From assembly GCA_035647675.1 (NCBI GenBank), contig DASRMZ010000009.1, positions 1 through 51,679 on the forward strand: a stretch of DNA of 51,679 nt, in the 5' to 3' direction. Source of the stretch: Thermoclostridium sp. GTDB taxonomy: Bacteria; Bacillota; Clostridia; DSM-8532. Under the pieces are notes generated by a model. It did no database searches. It saw only the letters and a program-made list of their open reading frames with translations, and was not told where the DNA came from. Shown piece by piece: positions 12,965-21,584 of this stretch. Positions within the stretch are counted from its first letter, which is position 1. Every line of letters starts with the position of its first letter. Position numbers and translations under genes: made by a program.

Positions 12965-13612
12965 TTATTTCAAATCTGGCACCTTGTATTTCTCTAGGCC
13001 TGGTACCGGAATGGTAATATATTTATCGGAAGCCTTATCAAAGAAAAACGCTAACCCCTCATTATCGTAGTGAATTCCATCTATAAGTCCATTCTGGGAT
13101 TGAGCCAATAGAAAACAGTATAGCAAAACTTGGTTAATTCCACTATACCTTTCATTAAAACCTTCAAGAATATTATTCACATATAAAGCTTCGGAGCCCT
13201 CATATAAAATCGGATCGTCGAGCCCATTTCCATACATATGGATATGTTGGCTAATAATTGTAGTAAAAATTAGACACTCAGGATTTCTAAAGGAGCCAAA
13301 AATGTATTTATCCAGTGGAAGCATTGTATCCATATATTTTTGTTTAATATCTGGTGATTCCAAACTCAATTTGTATAGATCCTTATCAGCTACAATACAA
13401 TCCTCGGCGGGAATATCTAACTTTATACATTGAAATGCTGGATCATTGCTTCTTTCATCATCATCTGGATGTAGCAAAGCACAAATGCATGGTTGCGGAT
13501 ATAAACTCCAAGGTGTCTGTACACTCTTATTCTTCCATTGAGATAATTTCAAACCACATTCAACTATAATATCTGCTTTTTCACTCGGTACATATAGATA
13601 TACCACCGCCAT
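12965..13612 (-). CDS. Hypothetical protein, possible ADP-ribosyltransferase-like fold
   Basis: 215-aa ORF co-oriented with birA; fold is inferred from motif spacing only. Confidence 0.7.
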   Translation of the reverse strand: MAVVYLYVPSEKADIIVECGLKLSQWKNKSVQTPWSLYPQPCICALLHPDDDERSNDPAFQCIKLDIPAEDCIVADKDLYKLSLESPDIKQKYMDTMLPLDKYIFGSFRNPECLIFTTIISQHIHMYGNGLDDPILYEGSEALYVNNILEGFNERYSGINQVLLYCFLLAQSQNGLIDGIHYDNEGLAFFFDKASDKYITIPVPGLEKYKVPDLK

Positions 13613-13958
13613 AAGTCCCGTTACGCAAATAATAAACCTGTGAGCAAAAATTATTTAAGGTTACATAACAAAAGTCTTGTTTAATAATTGCTTTTTATGG
13701 TTTTACGTAACTTCCTCCTCCTTGATTACTGTGATTATCAATCCTATATAGGCTTTTTACAATATTAATGGAGCTTTTAATAATATTACATATCTTACTT
13801 ACCGTTGTACAGTATGTTTTGATTATAAAGGCTTTTGGCAACAGCCATTATAGGGCACAAGGTTGCACATCGATTAAACTTTATTATATAATTATATAAT
13901 ACAATTTTAATGTTTGCAAAAAGTTTTTGGACTTGATGATTTTACAAATGCTACAAAT

Positions 13959-14411
13959 GTTACAGTTCACACCCCTTGCATTTTGAGATATAGATGTGCA
14001 CTAACGGAAACGACGCTTCATTTGCAAGAGCTGTATAGTTAAGGTGAGGATAAACAAGCCGACTATTTGAGCAAAAATGCAACTATAATTTTTAAAAGCA
14101 TTTTTGTGAGTTTCGGCTTGCCCACCCCGGGGGCATGCTTCGGGTGATTTGTTTCCTTTGCGGCAAAAGCACTAAATCTAACGCAACGCCTTAAATTGTG
14201 CGATGCTTTTAGTGAGTGGTCAAAGGCTCACGGGTCGCTCATTATCACGTTTAATATGTAGGGTAGGCAGCATGGACTTCGGAGCATTGCCGCTGGCGTC
14301 AACAAAAGCACCCGAATCTCCCCCTACTTAAATTGAGATATACATGTGAATAATAAATTTTCCTTATATTGCACAGCTATATCTCAAAAGATTAATGGAG
14401 TGGATTCTAAC
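13959..14411. mobile_element. MITE-like element (family 1, complete copy A)
   Basis: Imperfect ~50-bp terminal inverted repeats (GTTACAGTTCACACC...TTTTGAGATATAGATGTGCA versus TGCACAGCTATATCTCAAAA...GGAGTGGATTCTAAC), flanked by direct repeat TACAAAT (13952-13958, 14412-14418); interior recurs at 32.8 and 40.6 kb. Confidence 0.75.
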
Positions 14412-14441
14412 TACAAATTTATAATGCGCAGAGGTATTTTT

Positions 14442-15869
14442 ATGGTAAGGTTGTTGGATATGGAGACAGAGCAGCTTAAAGCTTTGGCTCAATATAGAGA
14501 TGTATTGGAAACTGGTGGCTCTTTTAAAAGGAACTTTTGGGGATCTGAAAAAGAAACCAGTGGAACAAGTCTTAACTGTCAAGTAATTACCCGATATTGC
14601 TTAGAGTATATTGAAAACATAACATACGACATGCTCCCAAGCTATAATATGAAGCAACTTAAAGAAATATTCATTAACAATGGTCTTTCCGGAATGCTTC
14701 AAATTGTATTTACGAATGATATTGTAGCTGTTTTAAAAAACGCATATCCTAATCAATTCGATAAAAGAGAGCTGACAGAATGGATGTGGAGCAAGCATGG
14801 CATATGGGAAAATGATGATTATGTTATTGAAGCTGTCCAGTATATGGTTCTAAAAGAAGGAATAAGAAGGGTTGAGTCAATACCTAAATATGATTGGAAG
14901 AAACGTTTACTTAAATATGGTATATATAACGTCTTATCACGTTTTGATTGGTCAATATATAGACTCTTTGATTTTGTATATCCAGGACGTTTTCACCCCT
15001 CAGAGTTCAGATACAGGACAAAGTGGAAAACCTCTTCTATGCGTGAATCCTACGAGAATGCTTATCATCTCATGGACAAAACCTTCCCAGAAAACCAGCT
15101 TTCAAGCCATGATATTTTAATGTTAAATTCTACGGGATTTAAAAGGCTAGGATTAATAAGCATGCTACACAATCTTTTTGATGGAAATAGCACAAAAGCA
15201 AAGGAGTTTTATTTCTATAGAACCATTTCAAATGCTGAAAATAAGAAAAAACTAAAGGTACGTATCCAAAAGGCAAGGACCCAAAAAGAGAATGATACAA
15301 TTAGAAAACGATTGTCAGCCGTTTCGACTGGGAAATATTTATATAATCTTCATGCTCATAGCGGAACATATTCCTATTTGAACCGATGTGCAGTAAAAAG
15401 GGATGTGAGTATCGCTGAGCTGGTGGGACAGTTTGGTTATGTTTATAAAAGCGCCAGAACTGAGTATAAAAAAATTCTTCCAGAGCAGGTGTGGGATTTG
15501 AGAAAAAAAGGTCTTACATACGTTGAAATAGCAAATAAACTAGGCAGCAACCCCGCCTCTATCTCTAATATGTGCAAGAAACATTTTGGTGGGGATCCAT
15601 TGATTCCACGCCCCATAGATGACTATATTACCATACAAGAGCTAATGGATACTTATCATGTGGACCACAAAACCATTATGAAGCTTGTGACACAAAGCGA
15701 TTTTGAAAGCCATTTTACAATTAGACATAGATACCTTAAAAAGTCTGAAATAATACCCGCTATTCTTGAATATAAGGAAAACAGCTTACAGCATCAAGCT
15801 TTGTTAAATAGATATGAACATAACCCTACATCAACGCAATCAGAGAAATCCGAGCTGCTAATTGGATAA
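14442..15869 (+). CDS. DUF4046-like repeat protein with C-terminal HTH motifs
   Basis: GAGGT RBS then ATG 14442; modules such as FKRNFW...ITRYCLE...GLSGMLQIVF...LKNAYP; HTH GLTYVEIANKLGSNPASISNM. Confidence 0.7.
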   Translation: MVRLLDMETEQLKALAQYRDVLETGGSFKRNFWGSEKETSGTSLNCQVITRYCLEYIENITYDMLPSYNMKQLKEIFINNGLSGMLQIVFTNDIVAVLKNAYPNQFDKRELTEWMWSKHGIWENDDYVIEAVQYMVLKEGIRRVESIPKYDWKKRLLKYGIYNVLSRFDWSIYRLFDFVYPGRFHPSEFRYRTKWKTSSMRESYENAYHLMDKTFPENQLSSHDILMLNSTGFKRLGLISMLHNLFDGNSTKAKEFYFYRTISNAENKKKLKVRIQKARTQKENDTIRKRLSAVSTGKYLYNLHAHSGTYSYLNRCAVKRDVSIAELVGQFGYVYKSARTEYKKILPEQVWDLRKKGLTYVEIANKLGSNPASISNMCKKHFGGDPLIPRPIDDYITIQELMDTYHVDHKTIMKLVTQSDFESHFTIRHRYLKKSEIIPAILEYKENSLQHQALLNRYEHNPTSTQSEKSELLIG

Positions 15870-16081
15870 CGGTCACCCTTTTGAATGCATAGGTTAACCG
15901 AAAAGTGATGGTTGGGTACTTTTAATATATCCGAAAATAGGTTAGCATTAATTTGTTCTACATTTATCATTTAGAGCTTGTCTACAAATGTCTATAATAT
16001 TATCCAGTGCCTCTTCTACTTCTTTTTCATCTTTACTATAATTTGATTTTATATTCTCAGTAATTACTATTATCAAATTAA

Positions 16082-16115
16082 GAGCATTTTGTGATGTTAC
16101 ATGTTTTTCGTGCCG
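16082..16115. repeat. Family-2 element, single arm
   Basis: GAGCATTTTGTGATGTTACATGTTTT matches the arm at 8168-8194 (reverse complement). Confidence 0.6.
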
Positions 16116-16117
16116 AC

Positions 16118-16849
16118 CTAAACCCTGACAAGCTTCACTTGCCCCCAAACTCCCATTTGATCTTCTATAATTATTACAACACCTACAATTTCCTCTATAC
16201 CTTGAGCCTTGTTAAGTGCCAAATCAATATCACTAACACGTTTAACCATATTTCCAATAGCAGTAGCTGCAGCATCGGCAAGGCAAGCATCCCTCGATAG
16301 TATGACAACAGCATCTGCTTTTCCAAAGCTAAGGGAGTGACCAACTGTTCCTGACGAAGTGCAAACACTGATTGGAAGCTGCTGTGGCTCTAGTTTTATG
16401 CCAAGCTTCCCAGATAACGTTGAATCGCCTGCATAAATGCCTATGGTTCTCTCTTTCTTGCCTGATATGTATATATCGCCACCATTTTCAACAATTAATT
16501 CCTTAGAGTATTTTTTCAAGTCAGTTGCTACATATAAACTAATAGCCCCTGCAATTGCAGCCATTGGACCAACTCCTACAAGAGCGGATGCCTGGCACAT
16601 ATGCTTTACTATTAAAGGTGCATCATCTAACGGTTTTACAGGTTCAAGACTATCTAAAAATACCGGCTGCTTGCGGATATATTGCTCCACTTGCTGCCGG
16701 TATTTTTCAATGCTCGCTCCCGCTTGTAAGCTAAGATTGTGCGTAGCTCCAATACACAAATCCGTTTGTTTAATTTTTTTTGAAAAGTATACTAAATCCT
16801 CGCCATTAAAAACTTTTCTATAAAACCTTTTTCCTGTATTCGTATCCAT
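16118..16849 (-). CDS. UPF0280/COG2122 ApbE-like protein (sulfide assimilation)
   Basis: VGPMAAIAGAI, IVENGGDI, CTSSGTVGHSLSFGKADAV, ADAAATAIGN; start moved to ATG 16849. Confidence 0.88.
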   Translation of the reverse strand: MDTNTGKRFYRKVFNGEDLVYFSKKIKQTDLCIGATHNLSLQAGASIEKYRQQVEQYIRKQPVFLDSLEPVKPLDDAPLIVKHMCQASALVGVGPMAAIAGAISLYVATDLKKYSKELIVENGGDIYISGKKERTIGIYAGDSTLSGKLGIKLEPQQLPISVCTSSGTVGHSLSFGKADAVVILSRDACLADAAATAIGNMVKRVSDIDLALNKAQGIEEIVGVVIIIEDQMGVWGQVKLVRV

Positions 16850-16940
16850 AAATTTATCCTGTCTTCGTTTCAATTTATAAAATACAATTATTTTATATGC
16901 TTTCGTAGTGTGAAAGCCTTATTTTCAGCAAATTGCCAAA

Positions 16941-17363
16941 TCATTCTTCAATTTCCCTATGATCCAAATGCAATATCCTTAAAGGACAGGCCTTTATGCA
17001 TAGCCCACACACAAGGCACTTTTCTTTATTAAATGTTAAATAAAAGTCAGGCTGTTCAATTTGAAGGGCATGTGAAGGACACACAGTAGTACATGCACCA
17101 CAATGAATGCATTTATCTTCCTCTATTGATAGCGTACCATTGAATATGTGACATTTTATTCCTTCCCCTTGTATAAACTCAAGGGCATTATCTATGTCTT
17201 CCTCTTTACCTAGCAGCTCTACAACCAGCTTACCAGTTCTATTCAACCGGACATCTGCATTTAAAATATTTACTTCCAACATATACTCACGAACTAATAA
17301 GGTCATCAAAGGGAATGTCACCATGGTAGGTGGAAATGTTAAGTTTACCTTTATTTTTTTCAC
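16941..17363 (-). CDS. NIL-domain 2x[4Fe-4S] ferredoxin
   Basis: VNILNA NIL motif; CIHCGACTTVCP and CLVCGLCIKACP. Confidence 0.92.
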   Translation of the reverse strand: MKKIKVNLTFPPTMVTFPLMTLLVREYMLEVNILNADVRLNRTGKLVVELLGKEEDIDNALEFIQGEGIKCHIFNGTLSIEEDKCIHCGACTTVCPSHALQIEQPDFYLTFNKEKCLVCGLCIKACPLRILHLDHREIEE

Positions 17364-17364
17364 C

Positions 17365-18519
17365 TTAATCCCCCCTCACATCAAGCTTTTTAAGGCGTTC
17401 TTTGCCTGTAGGTAGCTGTTCAACTGGCTTTGTCAACAAAAAATCACCATTTTTTATTTGTGTTTTTAATAAATCCGCAATCTCCCTTGCCTTAACCATG
17501 CTGGATAAAGGCGCTGTTGGTATTCTGTTGCCATTGATGGTTACAAAACCACTGCGTAGCTCCTGATAGGATGCAGCTTGTGAAAAGGATGTCTTTCCAC
17601 TTTTATCAACAATGTTAGTAACGATATCCTTATCTGAAATTGCAGTTTTTATTGCCATATCCTCATCTAAAATTGGAATGGGAATACCCACACCAACAAA
17701 AAGACTTGTGCCGTACTTTTCATATGTCGCAGCACGTATATAATCAGTTGACATATTTTTAAGATCACCTATCAACGTCAATGTGCCCGATGAACTAATT
17801 GGCGTACCGTTTGCCATACGTTCCTGCCCCGGATCATGCTGAGTGCCCTGAAATGACACATAGCCCTGTGTACCCCCAATGAAAATACGAGTTCCTATAC
17901 CGATAGTGCGGTATTCAGGATCATTTAGCAATGGACTTAATTGACCGGAGGTGCAATAAGTAATATTGCCAAATTGGGGCAATAATGTACCCATATAAGT
18001 GTAAATAGTTTTGTCAGATGAGTTTGTGGCCGCTGGATAGTTTTGATAGCAATTCCTTGGATTAAACATGAAAGCTTGATTTACATTGTTTTTGTTAATG
18101 GTTGTTGTAATGTTTTTTCTTGGATAGCAATCCGTTCCATAGCTTTCAGCATAAAGCTTTATATCCTTACCTGCAATAAAGTCCTCTATAACATGAGCAC
18201 CACCGTATAGCATCCCTTGAGTCTGGGATAGCTCAGTAGCACCGATATATGCATCAACTGCAGCAAGACCTGCATATGCCATAACATCATTAAGCCAAAC
18301 CTTCGTCATACGAATAGGTGGATTTGAATGTCCAAAGTTTATAAAGGCACCACTAGAACACATGGCACCAAAGGTTCCGGTTGTAACAACATCCACCATC
18401 TTGGCTGCCTTTTTAGAACCGTTTTCCTCTACTATATCGATCATTTCTTCTGCCGTTACTACGACTGCTTTACCTTCAAGAATCTTTTCGTTAATTTCAT
18501 CAATTGTTTTTACAGGCAT
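17365..18519 (-). CDS. DUF39/COG1900 homocysteine biosynthesis protein (aspartate-semialdehyde sulfurtransferase), no CBS domains
   Basis: VDVVTTGTFGAMCSSGAFINFGH, AAVDAYIGAT, YGGAHVIED, NPRNCYQNY; in an operon with NIL-ferredoxin and UPF0280. Confidence 0.9.
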   Translation of the reverse strand: MPVKTIDEINEKILEGKAVVVTAEEMIDIVEENGSKKAAKMVDVVTTGTFGAMCSSGAFINFGHSNPPIRMTKVWLNDVMAYAGLAAVDAYIGATELSQTQGMLYGGAHVIEDFIAGKDIKLYAESYGTDCYPRKNITTTINKNNVNQAFMFNPRNCYQNYPAATNSSDKTIYTYMGTLLPQFGNITYCTSGQLSPLLNDPEYRTIGIGTRIFIGGTQGYVSFQGTQHDPGQERMANGTPISSSGTLTLIGDLKNMSTDYIRAATYEKYGTSLFVGVGIPIPILDEDMAIKTAISDKDIVTNIVDKSGKTSFSQAASYQELRSGFVTINGNRIPTAPLSSMVKAREIADLLKTQIKNGDFLLTKPVEQLPTGKERLKKLDVRGD

Positions 18520-18883
18520 GTTTTCAGCTCCTTATTATACAACTCGCATTGAGCTTATGGTTTATGGTTAATCCAAATTGATATACTTTATATCAGTTTT
18601 TAATATAGACTTTTACGATATTACCTTAGCAACAACTTTGCATTGTAATATTAATAATTATTATACCAATAATTAAGGATTTTGCAATTATACTACCAGT
18701 CCAATATATAACTTTTAGACATTGTAACATATCTTCGCAGGATTTCTATTAATTAAGGAACTATTTTTTGTAAAATCCCGTCATAATAGAAAGCAGTCTG
18801 TTGCAATATTTAATTCATTTGTAAAGTGTTTTATTGAGAAATATGCTATACTTATGCTGAGATTTTTTGTTATCCTTAATTCA

Positions 18884-19002
18884 AGTATTTTGCGATGTTA
18901 CATATTCTGTGTGCTGCTGTACCATATGCTATGGGATGCCTGAGGGTTTGACAGCTCATATCGTCCAGCTAATATTTTATTAGGGTTATATCGCAAAAGC
19001 AT
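18884..19002. repeat. Family-2 palindromic element directly upstream of the ZorA-like gene
   Basis: TTTTGCGATGT...ATATCGCAAAA outer inverted repeat; inner stem GCTGTACCATATG/CATATCGTCCAGC. Confidence 0.75.
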
Positions 19003-19021
19003 TAATTCATGAAAGGTGTGA

Positions 19022-20497
19022 TTGGATTTGTTAGACACATTATTTAGCCTTTATCAGCAAGTGCGCGGGTTCGGTATGACCATCATTTTCACCACATTTG
19101 CAATTTTTGTTGTTGCCTTTGTTGCAAATTTAATAATTCGTAGTAAGTATCTTAATATACTTGATGACCTTCTTTCCTGGCATCGCAGAAAGGAAGGAAA
19201 GTTCCTCACAGACATATTAAACAAAACTGTTGAGGATTATAAGAATACAGCCACCGAGAGCTATAGTGAAGTAAATACGCAAGCAATTATCGAGAAAAAT
19301 TTTAATCTACATCTAAGAACCCTTGCTTTAGGAGAGCGTTTTATTAAGAATTCAAACACACTTTTAATAACACTTGGCTTGTTTGGAACCTTTGTAGGTC
19401 TAACAGCAGCAGTTGCTGAGCTTTCTGGTCTATTCATTGAAATGGACTTTTCTGAGCTTCTTGAAAATGCAGGTATACAAACTCTTATTACAAAGCTTGT
19501 AGGCTCACTTGAGGGAATGTCAGTATCTTTCGTTACAAGCCTTGTGGGCGTTGGATGCTCCATTATATTGACAATTCTTTTAACCATCTTTAGTGCTGAA
19601 GAAGCAAGAGAAGATTTAATGGTGCAAACTGAAGAATATCTTGATAATACCGTAGCATTAGTTGTCTCACAGGATAAAGAAACAGAATACACAATGATGA
19701 ACAACATACTCCGAGAAACCTTTATGGAGTTTGGTGATAAAATTGAAAATTCACTTAAGGAAACTGTAAAGGACTTTGGAGATAAGCTAACCACAGTTGT
19801 TATGGATGTTACCGTTTCAAGTCAAACCTTAGATACTACTATTGATAAATTTGATTCCTCTCTTGCTAACTTTGCATTAAATATGAAGGATTTGAATGAA
19901 TTTAACATAAATATGCGCAATAATATTGCAAGAATGGATGTAAACTTTATTAAGGTTACCGAGGCACTTACAAATTCAACTGAAATTGTAGCTAGCAATT
20001 ATCAAAGCATTGAGAAGTTTTCTGATAATATTCGTGAAGCTGCCGATGAAATGACTACATACAATCGCCAACTAGTTAGCGATATAACCCAGCTTGTCAG
20101 TGAAATAAAGTCCACCGTGCAGGTTGTAGAAAATCTTTCGGGTGCAATGGATACAAATATGCAACAGCATACAAGAGATCTTGAAATCTACCAAGAAAAC
20201 TTTACACATTTAATGTCAAAGATTAATAATGAAATAAAGGATTTTGGAGAGCTCGCAGCCGCATCCTTTTCACAGGTAATGAACAAGGCAAGCACGGATC
20301 TTGGACAAAAGGTTAGTTCTTCTCTTGACGAAAGTTTAAGCAATATCTTTAAGCTTTTAGACCAATTCCGTGAAAACCAAACTCATTTTGCAAAAGCAAT
20401 AGCCTCTCTGCCCGATCAGGTTTTAACATACAATCAGGCTGCTACAGCAAAATTAGATCGCCAACTGACTGAATTAAAGGATATTGCTGAAAAATAA
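19022..20497 (+). CDS. MotA/TolQ/ExbB-family membrane protein with a long helical tail (ZorA-like)
   Basis: Three TM segments including LITLGLFGTFVGL and GMSVSFVTSLVGV, then ~300 aa of heptad-patterned helical tail; TTG start after a GAAAGGTG RBS. Confidence 0.85.
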   Translation: MDLLDTLFSLYQQVRGFGMTIIFTTFAIFVVAFVANLIIRSKYLNILDDLLSWHRRKEGKFLTDILNKTVEDYKNTATESYSEVNTQAIIEKNFNLHLRTLALGERFIKNSNTLLITLGLFGTFVGLTAAVAELSGLFIEMDFSELLENAGIQTLITKLVGSLEGMSVSFVTSLVGVGCSIILTILLTIFSAEEAREDLMVQTEEYLDNTVALVVSQDKETEYTMMNNILRETFMEFGDKIENSLKETVKDFGDKLTTVVMDVTVSSQTLDTTIDKFDSSLANFALNMKDLNEFNINMRNNIARMDVNFIKVTEALTNSTEIVASNYQSIEKFSDNIREAADEMTTYNRQLVSDITQLVSEIKSTVQVVENLSGAMDTNMQQHTRDLEIYQENFTHLMSKINNEIKDFGELAAASFSQVMNKASTDLGQKVSSSLDESLSNIFKLLDQFRENQTHFAKAIASLPDQVLTYNQAATAKLDRQLTELKDIAEK

Positions 20498-20583
20498 AAT
20501 TATAACCTTTAAATAAAACTCAACTTGCTAAAGAAGACTTTAGCGGTGCAACAACGAAAATGCTCTAAGGGAGGTATGCTTAG

Positions 20584-21561
20584 GTGAAAGCACGTAATAG
20601 AAACTTTAGAAGAAACCAGGAGGAGGTCAATTTTTGGCCATCCTTCACCGATGTTATGTCCACAATTGTATTGGTGCTTTTTTTCTTAGTATTTTTAGCA
20701 TATTTCCAGCAAATGTTTTCCATCGCAATCTGGAATGAAAAGCTTGATAAAACAAAATCTGAATTGATGTCAACAGAGGATCATTTAAAACAAGCTGGAG
20801 ATGAGTTGGAGCTTAAAAAACTTGAAATATCAGATAGAGAAGATGCACTTCGTGTTATGCAGGATGAGGCTGAAACACTTAAAGCTGAAGTTGAGCAGGG
20901 AAAACGAGAGTTGACTGTTTCAATTGAAAAACTGCTAGATCAAGAAAAGATAATAGCCAACAGTAATCAGGAATTAGGAGAGCTTAGAGGGAAGCTTCAA
21001 AACATTTCAGTACTTAGACTAAACATACTTGAAGAGGTTAAGAACTCTATAGAGGGTGAAATTGGAACAAGCACCACCCCTGATGGAGAACCGTTGGTTG
21101 CTATTGATAACAATGCCAATCTTATTATTAATAACCAGCTTTTATTTGCAAAAAACTCTTCAAATATATCCTTTGAAGGACAGGCCTTATTAAGCCGATT
21201 TGCAGTGGCGTTTGAAAAAATACTTGATGATACAAGCATACGTGATTATATTGATTCTATTAACATAGAAGGTCATGCAGACATTGATGGTACATTCCAG
21301 AATAATTACAAGCTATCCTGTGAACGAGCGTATTCAGTTATAAATACAATGATGGCTAAAAATCCAACCCTTGAACAAAAATATGGCGAATATTTTGCTT
21401 CAACGGGCTTTTCAGAATTTCGACCTGTTGATCCTAGAACCACTGAGGTTGCGAAAAGCAAAAACCGCCGTATACAGATTTCCATTACAATAAAAGACAC
21501 TCATGTTCAGAACATTATTCAGGAATATTTAGAAGAAACAAGAATTGGTGATGGTGAATAG
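20584..21561 (+). CDS. MotB/OmpA-family protein (ZorB-like)
   Basis: FWPSFTDVMST TM helix with the channel Asp, coiled-coil stalk, OmpA-like peptidoglycan-binding domain (IEGHAD...NYKLSCERA...KNRRIQI). Confidence 0.88.
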   Translation: MKARNRNFRRNQEEVNFWPSFTDVMSTIVLVLFFLVFLAYFQQMFSIAIWNEKLDKTKSELMSTEDHLKQAGDELELKKLEISDREDALRVMQDEAETLKAEVEQGKRELTVSIEKLLDQEKIIANSNQELGELRGKLQNISVLRLNILEEVKNSIEGEIGTSTTPDGEPLVAIDNNANLIINNQLLFAKNSSNISFEGQALLSRFAVAFEKILDDTSIRDYIDSINIEGHADIDGTFQNNYKLSCERAYSVINTMMAKNPTLEQKYGEYFASTGFSEFRPVDPRTTEVAKSKNRRIQISITIKDTHVQNIIQEYLEETRIGDGE

Positions 21562-21584
21562 GTTTTTTGAATCAGGAGGCTATA

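Noticed and set aside
14129-14324. Rod hairpin as 6S or SRP RNA
   Set aside because: The length is similar to 6S, but it occurs in several copies within 52 kb inside a repeat element, and no SRP loop motif or dedicated promoter/terminator is evident.
14346-14441. N-terminal extension of the 507-aa ORF
   Set aside because: The extension lies in the MITE end; an RBS supports ATG 14442. Similar over-extensions were trimmed for groS, sigH, mutS2, metG, dut, ECF-T and galT.
18520-18880. SAM-I riboswitch or T-box upstream of the homocysteine operon
   Set aside because: The region is AT-rich with no ATC(C/A)AGA...GCAACC...GTGC core or T-box motif on the minus strand.
19022-21561. Flagellar MotAB, ExbBD/TolQR, or a methyl-accepting chemotaxis protein
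   Set aside because: Three-TM topology with a very long tail, no MCP hairpin signature, and no flagellar or TonB genes nearby.
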